NCBI GenBank assembly: GCA_002633005.1
Contig: NMRA01000297.1
Coordinates: 462,993 to 526,992, forward strand
Source of the DNA: Phoronis australis
Taxonomy: Eukaryota; Animalia; Phoronida
Reading direction: 5' to 3'
DNA length: 64,000 nt
The notes below the pieces were generated by a model. The model was not told the origin of the DNA, made no database searches, and saw nothing but the letters and a program-made list of their open reading frames with translations. The position numbers and the translations under genes are program-made. Within the stretch, counting starts at the first letter, position 1; each line of letters starts with the position of its first letter. Below, one piece after another: positions 1-13,671 of the stretch.

Positions 1-118
1 TATTGTGGTATAAGTATATGTATACAGTATGTATATGTATATGTATACAACATGTATATACATACATATATATATATACATATATATTTACAGTATGTAT
101 ATGATTATGTATATGCTT
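1..118. repeat. (TA)n/(TATG)n microsatellite
   Basis: tatatgtatatgtatac.. and tatatataca runs. Confidence 0.9.
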
Positions 119-156
119 ATCCGGTTTTGTTGGAGAAGACTTTTGGCGTTTTCCAG

Positions 157-405
157 TGAACAAGCCTCCTTTAATGACAGACTGTTCCAACGACTTAATA
201 GTCTCAACTGAAACCTCGAGCGTAGCCTTTGTTGTGCCGCGTCCAACATTCAGAAGAGTGCACGACAATGCGTCCATTGAAGCCGTGTGCAACTATCCAT
301 CAGCGGAAGTAACAATGCGCTTGGGTGATCATACTGTCACGTGTACCGGAACGGATGACGAGATCAATAAGTATGAAACATGCACCTACACAGTCTCCGT
401 GAAAT
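157..405 (+). CDS. Exon: HYR domain
   Basis: ttttccag|TG..AAAT|gtaaat; NKPPLMTDCSNDLIVST...LGDHTVTCTGTD...TCTYTVSVK; 249 nt, phase 1-1. Confidence 0.9.
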
Positions 406-2210
406 GTAAATATTTTATCTGACATTCCTTACCGAGTGCTGAATTATTGTTACGTCATATAGATGACCTTGATTTTTCCTTATGTCAAATCACGATAAAA
501 TGCCAAAGCCTGCATGCGCACATTTAATAAGATCACGTCCCAAATCTCCAGATTGGGATAGCTGTTGTTATACGTATCCAGTCAAGAGACAGACATTTAG
601 TGTTTCTTGTATCAATTGGCGTATCACCAAATGCTTTATTTGTTGAGATATCATCCATCGTGTTGTTCTTAATTTTACTAATTTAGCTTCAATAGAAAAC
701 TCGATCTCAGTCTGCAACTTTTCCACTTATCACAGTTGTAAATTCGACTGATGTTGGCTGCTTTTCTTATGGATGTTATCTTTCTGTCAATTAATTATAA
801 TTGAACCTTAGAAGTTTTTAGAAGGGGCATGGTAGATTGATATATTCGACTGATGAACACTCCACTTGAATTATCGTTCACATGATATTCCGCTGCATCT
901 TGCATTTGTCACCCAGGCTTTTGACAATATTTCGCACGAAATTACGAGTGCTAGGCAAAACATTGTAGCTTACTAAAATTCGACCGTACTTCATATTTAC
1001 ATTTTAATACGATCTTTGTTAAACACTTCCAACATGGATCTCTGCAAAATATATGATACACATCCATGATTTGCAAACTCTGCGTCACTTAAAACCTGAG
1101 AAATGATAGCCTGAGTATAGACAGAGTCTACTATTTCCAGTAAATGTGCCCAGAACCCCTGTCTGTATCTTTTCATGCATGATTAATGTGTTAATCAATG
1201 TTGACACGGTCATCATTTGGCTACAGTGTAGTACATGCAGACGTACAAATGAACTGCAAGAATTTCATATTTAAATGAACTGCGGGATTGTCACACTTTT
1301 TCCTCTTTAAGATCCAGGTTTGGTGAGGAATGCTTCAGAAATGCGACGACATACAATAGTTATGGTACCAATAGTTTGCAATGATTGTGCGCCTTGTTCT
1401 ATAACCTCCGGGCAATAATGAGTGTAAACGTTTTGAATACATTTTTCACTCTTTCAAGTAAGCAGGTGCCAGTCAAAACAGAGTCCTTCCAACGGCTTCC
1501 TTAACGATTGCAACGACACTGTCGGAGGTCAGTGTTATTACGAGTGCAATGTCGGATACAACAGAATTGGGCCCAACCCCGTTAACTGCACAAACGGCGT
1601 ATGGAGTGGAGAAATAGGATGCACGAGTAAGTTCATAGCACAGGGCAAGTACAAAACGTGTCATTCGCTTGTGTTTGTAACTACGAGGTATAAAGGAATG
1701 CCTCTACTGGTCGAGGGTTAAAGAACATTATTTTGTTTCAGGGAATTGGATGAGAACGTCGTTTTTAATAACTGTCAATATGTCAAATAAGGGTTTGGTG
1801 TCCTTTTAAAAAGGCAATGAAACCGCCTTTGGCTGTCAATAACAAATTTTAGTTTAGGCCATTTTCAATTATAAAATTGGTCTCAAATTCTTCAGATCCT
1901 AAATGATGGATAAACTTAAAGTTCGGTTCACTCTGGTAAGTCAGCTTATCGAGTATGATTTCGAGCAATAACGAAATGTCGATTCTTTCCAAGATCAAGA
2001 ATCATCTTTAATTCCAGTAAGAAACAAGTTAGAAAGTACCAGATATATAATGGTAAGTGGGTTAAACAAATTAGTTCCAGTTTTATAGCGGCAAGTTGGC
2101 TAAATTAAAAGTTCTTTGGCGATAGGTGGGCTTGTGCATGCTCTTCATAGAAGTTGTTGTTTTGGCTGATGCCAGAAAGGTTTGGTGATTTTTGTGTGTG
2201 TTTGTTACAG

Positions 2211-2405
2211 TTGTTATTTGTACCGAACAATTGCCTGACATTGACAACGGGTTCGTAAACTGCACTGGCCACACATTCGGAGATGTTTGCACATACTTTT
2301 GCAAAGATGGCTATGCCATTCCAAAGAGTCAACGTCATCAAGTGAGATACACGTGCTCCGCTTCTGGTGCTTGGACGGGAAATAACACGCAACCGCAGTG
2401 CTGGC
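2211..2405 (+). CDS. Exon: Sushi/CCP domain
   Basis: ttgttacag|..TGGC|gtgagt; CTEQLPDIDNGFVNCTGHTFGDVCTYFCKDGY...CSASGAWTG...PQCW. Confidence 0.92.
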
Positions 2406-2767
2406 GTGAGTCACTTCGTGTGAATACCGCTGATCGATCATAGAATAATGCAATGAATTGGGTTTCCCATTATGTGGTTTTATGAATATCGACCTCCGGT
2501 CGCATTTTCACTTGCACATCTCTGGTACGACGATAGTTGTTGGATATTCCATTGGCAAGGCCAGAAACGTTCTAGATTATTTAAAATGTGCTTTCTCCAT
2601 GCCCTTCACATTTGGGATTGCTTACATTTTAGCAGCGTCTGTTGTACATGTATAAAACACTCGGCTATCCAATCTTCTCTATCAGATCTAAGTTGTTAAC
2701 TTTTAAAGAGATGATTCCGTTGTCCAAGATTACGCCACTGGCAAGTTGTGCCTCTACTAAATTTCAG

Positions 2768-3016
2768 TCGATCAGCCACCAACCATGTCAAATTGTTCTG
2801 GTGGCGTCAACATTACCACCTCTGACGTCAAAACCACAGTTACGATTCCCAAGCCGATATTCACAAGCGCTAGAGGCAAGATATTGGAGACTATCTGCCT
2901 AAATTATGAAAAGGGCGTCGCTACCTTGGGGCTTGGTGAACACAACGTTCGATGCACAGGAAATGACGTAGAACTTGGTCACCAAAAGATCTGTTCTTTT
3001 GCAGTTACTATCGAAT
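2768..3016 (+). CDS. Exon: HYR domain
   Basis: atttcag|..GAAT|gtgagt; DQPPTMSNC...LGEHNVRCTGND...ICSFAVTIE; same 249-nt length as the first HYR exon. Confidence 0.9.
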
Positions 3017-5163
3017 GTGAGTTTTTACAATAATTACTAGGACTGCTTCCATGACATCAGATTTATGCAGCAAAATGTTAGGACTGAAGGCAAATGTTAC
3101 CGTTTTGAACGTTTTTCTGGTAAAAACGATTATTTTAAGAAGTTTTTAAGACTTTAATTACCACTTTTATAAAAAACGAATGTATAAGAAGCTCGAACTG
3201 GCTTAATAACATACTGCCAATCTTCTTCCGAGTGCGTAAAACTGTTTCATAATTTATGCTTCACGTGCGTTCGTGTAATTTGGATAAATGCCATATTATC
3301 CTTGAGCATAAATAACCTACAGCTTGGGGTCCCGGCCAAATTATTGCTTCACCTTAGACAACGCGACCTGGTCTAAGTGTTCGAGTGTACCCATTTACAT
3401 TCTACTATCGGAGACAAAAAATATGCATGGAATTAAATGCTTAAAGTTGAACTAAATTACACCACTTCCTCTCAAACGGCACTTCGACAATTGTTCAGAT
3501 TATTTCATGAAAAACGATTCGATTTCCTTACGTAAGTGTTTTTTCATTTCCTTTTTTTTCGAAAAAATCTGCCAGGCAAGTGATACTCGACTTTCGCGGT
3601 TGTTGAATCACACGACCTCTTCAGGTAATGTATAGCTTTAAACTGGCCTCCGTGCACTACCCGGCATCAACTTTGAAATTGTGTTTTGTTTTTGTGAAAG
3701 AATGCGAACTGATCTTAAAAAGCCCCACATCTTTTTGTGCAAATTACTACTGTCATTACCAATGTTTGGTAGTTTACAATATCTCAGTGACTACCCAGAA
3801 AAGTTTCTATTCTGATATCTTCAGGGTCAAGCATTACAATAGTGTCTAAGTGTCTAAGTGACTAATTGCATACGTTAAGTACTAGACTACAAATTGATTC
3901 TTCTTTGACTGGTCGCGTGAAATGTGAATATTCCAAAAAAACAGTAATACAGGCGAATTTATTTTACACTGTGCAAAATCAAAGCAAATGTCTTAAATTA
4001 CCTTAATTGATAAAAATCACAGCATATACTTGAAATTTCCTTAACTGATAAAATAATGCGGCATTAACGCCGTTCTATCTATGAAAAAAGGCTTTTTGTA
4101 TTCAGGTCACGTTCCGTGACTGTGGTCTTTTTATTTTTCCTTGCTCAGTCTAGAAGGGATCTCTGAACTTCATAAGATCTAACAGATAATGGCCACGTTA
4201 CATGAATGGGAGAGTTGTCTGATGTCATAGCGAAATGTCACTTCTTTTCAAGCTTAGAAACCACGCCTATTTTGTCTAAGGAATAATGTAAGATCAATTT
4301 TTAAAGTGATATATATTTATTGAGGAATATACATAACATACAAGGAAATAATGACACACCCAGAAATTCCAAAGCATTATATCTGGGTTGTAGAGAGTTC
4401 ATAGATGATAATTATACACGTAGAACAATTTCATAACGGTAACCGGTCTAAATCATTTCTTCACACTTAAATGCCGATTTACGATTTTTTAATTCGGAGG
4501 TAGATTGGAAACTATGTGGTGATTACAGAAGTTTTCCTTTGCGCGTACTTCAAACATAGTGATTTTTCGTAGAAATTCCCTCATAGGAGAATGTGAATAA
4601 CTTTGTAGTAGACTTTGCGCGAGGATACTTTTTCTAGGAATTAATTAAAAGATATTTATGACGAGCTTTCGCGATCCATGCCTATTTTAAAACAGCCATG
4701 TTGGTATTTTGTCTTACTTATCGTTCGTTTTTGACTAGTGGACCAGAACGCTTAACATACGGGTTGTTTACAACCGCAGATATCTCCATCAATTCATATT
4801 CGGCCTAGCCCGGCCATGAATAGAGACTAGCTCACTCCAAAGACTGGCAATTTTATGAAGTCTTTCATGTGCCGAGGAATTCGCAGAGTTTTCTAGGGTG
4901 AAGAGTGGCATACTTTCCCATCCACTTGTGTGCAAATCCTGTTAGCGTTAGATTTTCCTGGCGTTCCTGGAATGTTCTCTAGTGTTCTATTGTAAACAAA
5001 TTACATCACTGATGTGTGTACTTACAGAAAGATAAAGCCTATAGAACCACAACTAATGTCAGCTTGCTCCTGACATTAAAGTGAACCCATCTTACTGTAG
5101 ACAAAACTGAGGAAATCACGTGACGGAAATCAAAAAGCTACACGTGTGTGCTCATTGTTTTAG

Positions 5164-5352
5164 CTGAGCCTTGCCCTGCTCTCGACCCACCTGACAACGG
5201 ATTCCTTTTGTGCTCATTCTGGGAAGGACGGCTTACTTGTTCAGCGGCTTGTCGTGAGAGTTACGTCCATCGTCTCACCGATCCACCGTATGCAGGAATG
5301 CACATTTGTTTCGAGGGAAAATGGACGTCTACCGAAGTACAAAATTGTGAAG
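5164..5352 (+). CDS. Exon: Sushi/CCP domain (6-Cys type)
   Basis: gttttag|..GAAG|gtaatt; PCPALDPPDNGFLLC...CSAACRESY...CFEGKW...NCE. Confidence 0.9.
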
Positions 5353-6600
5353 GTAATTTGGCTGATCTCGAAATAAATGTCTAGACCTCTCAGGAAGTAG
5401 GAAGTAGGTGCACCCCACTAGTTTAGGTGTAAGGCTTAAACCATGCATGGGTAAAGGCAAAGGCGTGGGGCCTGAGGCAGTCTAGAAAAGTAAGAAAGCC
5501 GAACACGGGACGAAAGGAAATTAAAGAGAAAATTTGGCAATTACTGTTGCTTGATTTACTTCATGAGATCCCTGGTTAGTGCATTGTTGTTAGCGGCTCC
5601 AATAAATGGAAAATAAATCTTCTAAACACACTTGAAAACGAGCTTTTCACTTTTCATTTGTGTAATTCGAAAATTGGTTGAATACACGGCACTTGTCGTT
5701 ATTAACAATCTTTGTTCCGTTCGGTTCTTATCCTTGGAACAAAGTTCGGCACTCAACGGAACATTGGTAAAACAACTTTCCAAGGAGTATACGAACGGAT
5801 CAGAATAAAGATTTTGTCGTGTATTCAACCAATATTGCATATCGGAAAACTAGCTCCCGAAAGCGTCTAGAAAATGTTTAAAGTTCAGCGATTGCAGAGC
5901 ATAATAGTTCACTGGATTTTTAAATTCAAGATAACAATTTTGGAAATGTGAAACTAAGATCCAGGAGTCCTCTCTGTCAATGGATAAATGAGTTATTTGT
6001 CGCACTCTTTTTGTTTTGTTTTTTTCACCTGATCAAATTGAGAATCATGAACTGCTGGGCATTTCCTGTTTCTGAAATTTTGGATCATTTCATTATTTAA
6101 GGACCCAGCTCTTGGAGGGGCCCACTTATGGCATCTATGAGGCCAATCTTTTCGTGTTTATTATTAATAATTTCTTAAGGTGCGGCTCACGGAGAGAGAG
6201 CCCAATGATGGAATAGATTGCCTCTTTCTTCCTGTTTTTTGTGAATTCGTTCATCCTTTTTCATTGAGGAAAATAATTGAAAATGTTCGTAAGCAGACTG
6301 GTACACGTTGTACACGTTGTACCTCACATGCGCAAGCCGCAAAGGTTTGCCCATTGCACTGATCACCTGAAGCAGCTTAATACTTTATTAATATACATGT
6401 ATAGATAAAACCGAGCTGAGAAGCTAGAGACCTGACTTAAAGGAGAATGCCACCCGATTTTATTAGTCTTTTTTACCGTCTTAATCGGTCTATATCCACA
6501 TTGCCTCTTATGCGGTCGACCTCACCTTGCCGAGAGGTGTCGCGTTAACCTGTCAGGCAGGTGAGAAACGACGCAGCGCCGCCAGTGGTTCGTCTGCAGA

Positions 6601-6894
6601 GTGAATGCCGCTATATCGCGGTGCATCGTTCCCGCTTGTCCGAACTATGAAGCTTCGAAGAAAGCGGGTATATCGTTTTTTCTACTTCCTCGAGAGCCCG
6701 AAATGCTTAGGAAGTGGCTCATGGTAGTGACGAATAAAAGGTACGCTATTAATAGCAAGTATGAGGCCGTGAAACATCTCCGTGTCTATGGCCGGCATTT
6801 CGTCGACTGTGATTTCTCTGACGAATTCCGGCTTACCAAAGAACTATCCGTACGTTCCGTTCCTCGTACATGTATGTTCACAGGGCCTCTTTAG
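6601..6894 (+). pseudogene. THAP zinc-finger ORF of Kolobok-like copy 1 (ATG changed to ATA, third Cys changed to Tyr)
   Basis: RCIVPACPNY...FFLLPREPEMLRKW...LRVYGRHFVDCDF. Confidence 0.8.
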
Positions 6895-7642
6895 TATTTC
6901 TTGATCAGTGTATTCCGGTTCGAATTGATAGCCTGTGAAACCTACCGATGCGATCCGTGAAGTCTTCGTCGGATGAGCTCATGACTAAGTCGGGATTGGG
7001 CGAGTTGCCATGCAGACGTTTATTATTCTTCGTTCCGTTTCAACATGAATTATTCTCATCCTAACCAATGCTTATATAAAACTGAAACAAAGTCAGTCTC
7101 ATTAGATACAATTTTTAATTCCTTTGCAGTATTTGTGAGTGCATATGTTGAGAAGCCAGTAATGAATAAACCACTGCGTTACCGAATTTTGGTGCCGGCA
7201 ATAAAGGTAATTGACTGAGGCCGTGTGAGCGCATGCTAATTCAGTGTTTGCTGACAGAATGCTGTTGTGAAACAATTAGTACTCGTTTTTATATCTGTGG
7301 TCACATATTAGGGGAATCTTTATTCATAAATACAAATACATTATTCTAATCATTGTTACCTTTGCCCTGGCGGTCTTTGGAAGGGGAACCCGACTTCGCG
7401 GCCCCCGACAAGTAAGTAGATTTTCAGCTTCGTGGCTAATTCCCATTATTTCTTCGGCTCACTATTATAGTCTTTTCCTGACTGGAGATTTAGTTTCCAA
7501 CTCAAGCTGGTTTATGTTCGTGCCAGTCCCGCTGGCCGCGACGGGCCTGATGGGGTTCCGAGCCACTGGCTGGGATAACGAGTCAGTCCGGCCGCGACGG
7601 GCCTGATGGGGTTCCGAGCTCTGGTAGGCCGATAACAATTAA

Positions 7643-8119
7643 GAGGCAGTCCATATAAAAACCAGTAGATTTTCAAAAATCAGTCTATACGTCAAAATTT
7701 AAAACAACTTCATTTTTTGTACATGGGTAGGTATCCTAACAAAAACCCAAATGCCAAATTTTGTGCACTCAATGACTCCTAATTTCGCCGCTGGAGCATG
7801 ATAACACAAATTGGCACAATTGGGCATATTAGCCGTCTCAAAAATTGCATGTTTTCAGCAACAAAAATGAGTAACATACAAAATAGATCAAAAGCTATAT
7901 TTTGGTGGCTGAAATAACCAACGTATACTGTGCATAAATCTGTGCCATTTATTAAGATCTAACAGTTTTGTGCTAGACAGGGGAGATAATCCATAGACCA
8001 CTTTTTGGGGCTAATTTTAGTGGCCATTTTTGTGACCTTCTTACTGCCATAAAACACCATGTAGCCTTATGTGACGTTTTGAACATACAGTTAAAGAGTT
8101 AGTCTTGATGACTGAGCAA
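7643..8119. mobile_element. Nested insertion inside Kolobok-like copy 1; other end lost at the N at 8120
   Basis: Starts TTAA|gaggcagtcc; absent from copy 2, where gataacaa joins gtttagaact through only a few bases. Confidence 0.6.
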
Positions 8120-8601
8120 NGTTTAGAACTCAAAAAATCATAAGTCTTAACAACACAGTTCTAGGTTCTCCTGTCTGTAATTCACGCAAGAATTCTTCCA
8201 ATTTATCTCCGAACAGACCCCAAACTCCTGCTATGGACCTTGGTAAATTGGCCTGCCGAACTTTGTAGGCTACGGTGTGTCCAAATACCAATAAATCCGT
8301 AACAGCGAAATAAAACAACACGTTTTCATAAGAACTCGGTGTATTTTTAAGGGTTTTACATTGAAGTTCGACTATTTATTGGTGTTAAACGATGAATTCA
8401 AGCGATAACCTGACACCAGTAACCCGTGTTGTGAACTGCTGAGCAGACAACGGGTGAAACCAATTACGTCACTGGATAATTTCAACACCTCCGTCTGCCG
8501 TCAGGTGTCAGGTAACGCAACCGAACGTGCCGTTAGCGAGTAGAACTACTCAATCTAAATTGATACAAAATGGGTTGTTTTTGGGTGGCATACTCCTTTA
8601 A

Positions 8602-8696
8602 GGGACTAGCAGTATGTCCCAGTGGGACACGAACCCACGACCTTGAGTAAAGGAACCGGACACTACTGCATCTCACTAGGACGCACTGCCTCCTCG
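8602..8696 (-). mobile_element. tRNA-derived SINE head, interrupted by Kolobok-like copy 1
   Basis: Reverse strand reads aaggtcgtggGTTCGtgtCCcactgggac (Pol III B-box-like). Confidence 0.5.
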
Positions 8697-8789
8697 ATGA
8701 CGGAATGAACTATCAATCTTTTTCATTTTTATGATATTTATCCTTGCATGTCCAGGGGCGCCCTTTCGGACGATGTCCTCTTTCGGAGA

Positions 8790-9240
8790 GGTTGCCCGGG
8801 ACAGTTTCTCCTCCCCTAATCCATAAATACGGCACTATATTCGAAAAACCACAAAACAAACTCGTACAAAGCACAGCAATATGGAGACATTCTTCCAAAA
8901 CAGCCAAAAATAATTGTGCTGAAAAATACAAAAGGATAAACGGCCATTGACAGGATGGAAGTTTGAAAAGCTTGGAGACCACTATTTGTGAATTACACAA
9001 AAAGTATTTTCCCAACAGTTTTAAAACTATAAAACGTCAATATTTTCCCCACATAATGTTATAGGAATAGATTTCTTTTGAATATTGTAACCAGGAGTCG
9101 TTTGTAAGAAACTGGCACATGTCGACAAGACTGTGGGGGAACAATTTTTTGATGAACGTATACAGAGTACATGTCTTAGCGGATTAAGCCGACAATTATA
9201 AACAAATATTTGAGTGTTTGTTTTGGAGTTCATGTTTATT
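8790..9240 (-). mobile_element. Degenerate L1/Tx1-like LINE ORF2 C-terminal remnant
   Basis: Minus-strand fragments such as LLGKYFLCNS resemble the Tx1 ORF2 end; heavily disrupted. Confidence 0.3.
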
Positions 9241-9691
9241 ACATCTCTAATGTTTTAATCTCCTTCTGCTGTGGTCACACTCTCCTAGTGTACGAGAACC
9301 TGCATTGAAAGTTTGTTTCTCATATTCTGATGGCTGCCTCTCTCTAGTGGGGTTTGGCCCCATCTATGGCAGGCATGTTGGTCAGCACAAAAGTGGCGAC
9401 ATCCGGAGAATGGTGTTGCTGGTAATTTTTACCTTCCATGGGTTGAAAGCCGTCGTTGAATGGTCAGTTTTTTTAATTTCCCACAAAAAAGAGCTGGTAA
9501 GTATATCTAGTTGCTGATTGCAAGCAAATGTGTCATCCCAAAACTATACTTAAGCTATACACGTCGATGCCTTCTCAAGGTGTGTTAAACACTCATTATG
9601 TCTAATTTCATTGTGATCTCGCGGGCATGTTCATATAATTGGTAAATTCCGATACTTAGTAAAGCACTAAGAAGATATACTGTATTTTCAG

Positions 9692-9900
9692 AATCACGGA
9701 GAGCCACAAAAGTTGTAAGTATTTTAAGTATGTACTACATCACCGAGACGCCCTTTGACGACAACACTCAAAAAGAGTTTAAGGAGAAATTTTTAAAACA
9801 CTTGGAAGAATCTTTGGAAAATATTTGCAACGATCCTCAAGATATATGTTCAGCTGAAGTCATCTACGGACCAACAACAACAAGGCAAAAAAGAGAAGCG
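9692..9900 (+). CDS. Exon: first half of SEA-like linker ending with furin-type site RQKR
   Basis: gtattttcag|AATCA..GAAGCG|gtaagg; ESRRATKVVSILSMYY...CNDPQDICSAEVIYGPTTTRQKREA; phase 1-0. Confidence 0.82.
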
Positions 9901-10689
9901 GTAAGGCAAGGGATAAGAGAGATTGTAACTCATCTCCAATCTACCACCGTTGTAGTGACTCTCTGGTTAAATGGTACACGACTCTCTTTTGGTGTATAAA
10001 GGGGTAATAACCTGAACTGGATTACTAGAATCGTTCAAAATAATACTCAGTATTACTAGTCAATCTAGTCCAAAAAACTCTGATCAAAGAATATAGGCAA
10101 GCAAGCTAATCACCCACCTGAAAGTAAAGGGTTCATGTTAGGTCGCAATATTTGTTTTGATGAGGAATATCCTTGTCTCACAAAGAAAATATTAACTGTG
10201 CAATAGCGTATGCTGAATTTCTTGTAAATTCTTATAATTAAACTGTTGTTCATTTTCAGACAGGACTGCTAGGTAACACGGAAATGATGTACGCTTCTCG
10301 AGACAAAAAATCTCGGGATATAATTAAGTGAGACAATTACACTATCAAGACCTTGTCGAGATCGACCAACAAAATAACAATAAACGACCTGCATCTCTTA
10401 CATTCCGCTTGTCGAAGACGGAGAGCTGTCTCGTATGAACAATAGCCGAGCTCAGCTCAAAAGTGAAAATACGACAATTGAATAAGTTAGACGCCAATTG
10501 GTTTAAACCGATGGTAAAGTTAACCTGCGTTCTATAGAAGTCACTAAATTTTGATTTGGACATCTTAACGATATAGAATTGGTCTGTCAGTAACTTATTC
10601 CTTACTTGGATGATAAAGAGTTTTATTTTTCGGTCATTATAATTGACCAAGACCATGTTCGGCGATTAAAATGACACGCCCCGACAAGG

Positions 10690-10835
10690 CAACTTGTTAA
10701 GATTGGTGTCCAGCGATAATGACTTGTCAGGTCGTTCTCCGTCCAGAAATTGTCTCTATTGATGTGCCAGGTCGTTCTACGTCCAGAAAGTACACGTATA
10801 TCTATTGACCTGCCAGGTCGTTTTACGTCCAAAAA
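10690..10835. repeat. Short internally repeated element (ctattgacctgccaggtcgttytacgtccagaaa units)
   Basis: Three imperfect copies of caggtcgttct..gtccagaaa. Confidence 0.6.
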
Positions 10836-11399
10836 TCATTTCTGTTTCGACTAAAAACAATTTGATACCGATGTCATTGCCGTAAGTAGTCTAAATAAAA
10901 CATGTTTTTGTAACGGAAGTTGGGTTCACAGCCTCTTTATGTAGGACTATATCGAAAAATCTCTACAATCACTTAGCCAAATATTTACAAAACTATAGAA
11001 TATAACTCAGCAAAGTATACATTTTCTGAAAGAGGACATTTCTTAGTATTCTTCTACTACAGGTATTTGTAGAATAGCTCAACGTGTAATATAAAAACGA
11101 ACATTCCTATCGCATCTTGATAGCTGCTACAATTCATAGTTGACTGACATTCAAACCTCAGGCACGCAAATTGCGTTCCTAACACAAATACAACACATGA
11201 GAATTATTTCGATTTTGGTAAAGATTTTCCAAAAAAAAACTTATTATTATATGTCGTTTTTCAAGGACCAGTGGAAGAATTGGAAAGTTTGTTGAAAGTC
11301 ATCTTTTTACATATGAATAGTTGTCTCACACTTCCCAGTAAGTTAAATATGGTAATTATTGTGCAAAACTGAGCATATGATAAATAATGTTTAGTCTCA

Positions 11400-11900
11400 T
11401 TACACTCAATACAAACGAATCTAATGCCTTGTTCGTTGCAAGGTCGAATGAAAACCGATCTATGTCCTACAAGGAAAGGTTGACAAAATTCAAAATCTGG
11501 TGTAGTATTTGCGAGCGGAATCTGGTCATTCTTATCATACAAGTATTCATAATATCTTTTAATCACATCAAGTAATTCATCTTGAGCAGGTATTGCCTTG
11601 CAAGGTTGACTAGCAGTGTTCATCACAGTTCTTGTAGTGCGGATTCTTTTCCATATTTGTCTCCCTCGATCTTTTTTACAACCAGCACTTAACATAGTTT
11701 ATTTAATATATTCTATAGTATATTAGAAACTGTTAGTAACTCGTTCTCGACTTCTTGAGAAAAATTATATAAAGAATCTTTACGCTTTTCCTCAGTGCTC
11801 AGTTTGTTTTAGTATTTTTTTGATTTTTATTAACTGAAAAGGGAATTCTTGTTGTTCTTACATTGTTCTGTAATTCTTCAAAAAGCTTAATTGTCGTCAA
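11400..11900 (-). mobile_element. Degenerate L1/Tx1-like LINE ORF2 remnant (post-endonuclease region)
   Basis: ORF 11261-11695 contains QDELLDVIKRYYEYLY, resembling the L1/Tx1 EILxxxxxYYxxLY motif. Confidence 0.4.
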
Positions 11901-12433
11901 TTAAAAACTGATTTTTTTCTGTCATATTTCCATCATGGATAGTGAGATATATCTTATACTCATTAACAAAATTTCAGCATTTTTAGTAGTGTGCCATTAA
12001 TTAGGTCACGAGAACTTGCTTTTTTATGAAACTTTATCAAAAATGCACTTTCACAGCGAAACAAAGTTGACCAAATTTTGTATGATACAAATGTTCATGA
12101 TGAAATCTCAAAAGGTTATAACAGTGTTCTAAATTATTGCTTCGTTTGCTAGCCTTCTACATAACTTAAATCGTTATCTGACGTGAACAGTCAGCTCAAC
12201 TATCATTCACTTGAAGCACTGCTGTGGTCCTAAGGTAGATGCATACATTGGTAGCCTTTACTTACACTAGTTTTTAAGCACTCACCTCCTGTGGGCTGTA
12301 AAGAGATTTCCTTAGACCGTATGAAAGTCACGTACCAGATGTAGCTTTTATGAATGGGGTAACTGTTGATCCTTTTGACAATATGACAGCAGTTTCAAAA
12401 CTACATGCACATTTTTTCCTCGTTTTTTTTCAG

Positions 12434-12674
12434 GACACTACAGTTATGATAGAATTTGAGTTATCTGTGCTCGTGCCACAGAATGGAACATACTCAGTTA
12501 CCACGTACCAAATGACTATGAGGAAAGTCGTGGATAAACTTCAAAACGTCATAACAAACGATACAGCTTTTCCAGTGACCAGAGAGTTCAATGTCACTCT
12601 AGGACAATTCTCAGCGGGGTCACCAAGAATGGACTGTGACGACGGCTTTGTTTTTTACCCTGAGCACAATTGCA
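12434..12674 (+). CDS. Exon: second half of SEA-like linker
   Basis: tttttttcag|GAC..TGCA|gtacga; DTTVMIEFELSV...MDCDDGFVFYPEHNC; phase 0-1 matches flanking exons. Confidence 0.82.
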
Positions 12675-12939
12675 GTACGACAATTTACATAGTCTTAAAT
12701 GTTCCAAAGAATATTTATATGAATTACCACCCATATAAGTTACAAGCCAGTGCAAATGTTATTGAATAACGCTTATGAGACTTTCATTAATGAATATTCA
12801 CAAGCGTATGCAGTAAAACAGATGGACAGGTAAATTTAGAGTGGGGGCAGTAGCCACTCTGAGCATGATAAAAATTATGATACCATACCGCTTAAAGGCA
12901 ACCGAAAACGCTCACTGTTTGAAAATTGTATTGGCCACC

Positions 12940-13320
12940 CCCTCGCAGGTTCCCTGAGTGTAGAGAACACGCAGATATCATTCAGTAGCACGCGTTTTAT
13001 CACTGTCTGATGTAACCTCGGCAGTCATTGGTTAGCTTTACAACAAAGAAAGAAAATGGCGGGCTATGAACGATTCTTTAACCTTGTCATGCAAGTGGCG
13101 TAACAGCAGCTATTTCGTTTCTGCGATATGTTTAATTGCTTGAAGCACACACATGTACCAAAAACACACATATGCCCGATTTAATTGGCGTGTTTTTCAT
13201 ATTGAATGTAGGACAGCAACAAAAGTCAGCAACCACCCATTCAGATACGCCGGTGTAAAAAAATTTCGAGGAAAATTAAATGATTCCTGCGTGTTCGCTA
13301 CTCACTGGATACCCTAAGTA
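12940..13320 (+). repeat. Interspersed repeat, inverted homologue at about 38530-39068
   Basis: Shared blocks tgatgtaacctcggcagtcattggttagcttt, aaaatggcgg.ctatgaacgatt, cgccggtgtaaaaaa. Confidence 0.8.
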
Positions 13321-13503
13321 CTCAAGAATCAAACTAGGTGGCAGAAAAATGAAAGAACCAAATCGTTTTGAGAGTGTCAATGCTATAGGTTCACCGTCCG
13401 TCCCCGCTGGCACGTCTGGCTACGCTTATGATGTGGGGCCAATGGAAGTATCCGTCCTTGTGACCGTAAGAAATACAGTCTCTCTCTTTTCCTGCTATTC
13501 CAG

Positions 13504-13671
13504 TTGCTTGTCCGGCGGGATTTTATGTAAACTCCAGTAGCCTGAAAAAAGTATGCGCCATTTGCCCCGTTGGACACTACCAGGACGTAGGTGGTCAACC
13601 GCAGTGCAAGAAATGCCCCCTTGGAACATGGTCTCTGTTTGCGGGAGCGAAAAATGTGACTGCGTGCCGTG
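13504..13671 (+). CDS. Exon: ephrin-receptor-like (GCC2/GCC3) Cys-rich domain
   Basis: ttccag|..CGTG|gtaaga; ACPAGFYVNSSSLKKVCAICPVGHYQDVGGQPQCKKCPLGTWSLFAGAKNVTACR; missed by the ORF track. Confidence 0.92.

Larger units (their letters stand above)
6441..8597 (+). mobile_element. Non-autonomous TTAA-targeting THAP-bearing DNA transposon (Kolobok-like), copy 1, with a nested insertion at 7643-8119
   Basis: TTAA|aggagaatgccaccc ... gggtggcatactcct|TTAA; THAP ORF inside; homologous to 15526-17029 and 32547-33690. Confidence 0.85.

Noticed and set aside
29-211. Tyr/Ile/Met-rich ORF
   Set aside because: Translation of the (TA)n microsatellite
10260-10272. Possible micro-exon (ttttcag|ACAGGACTGCTAG|gtaaca)
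   Set aside because: 13 nt would break the frame between the phase-0 exons 9900 and 12434, which already join cleanly
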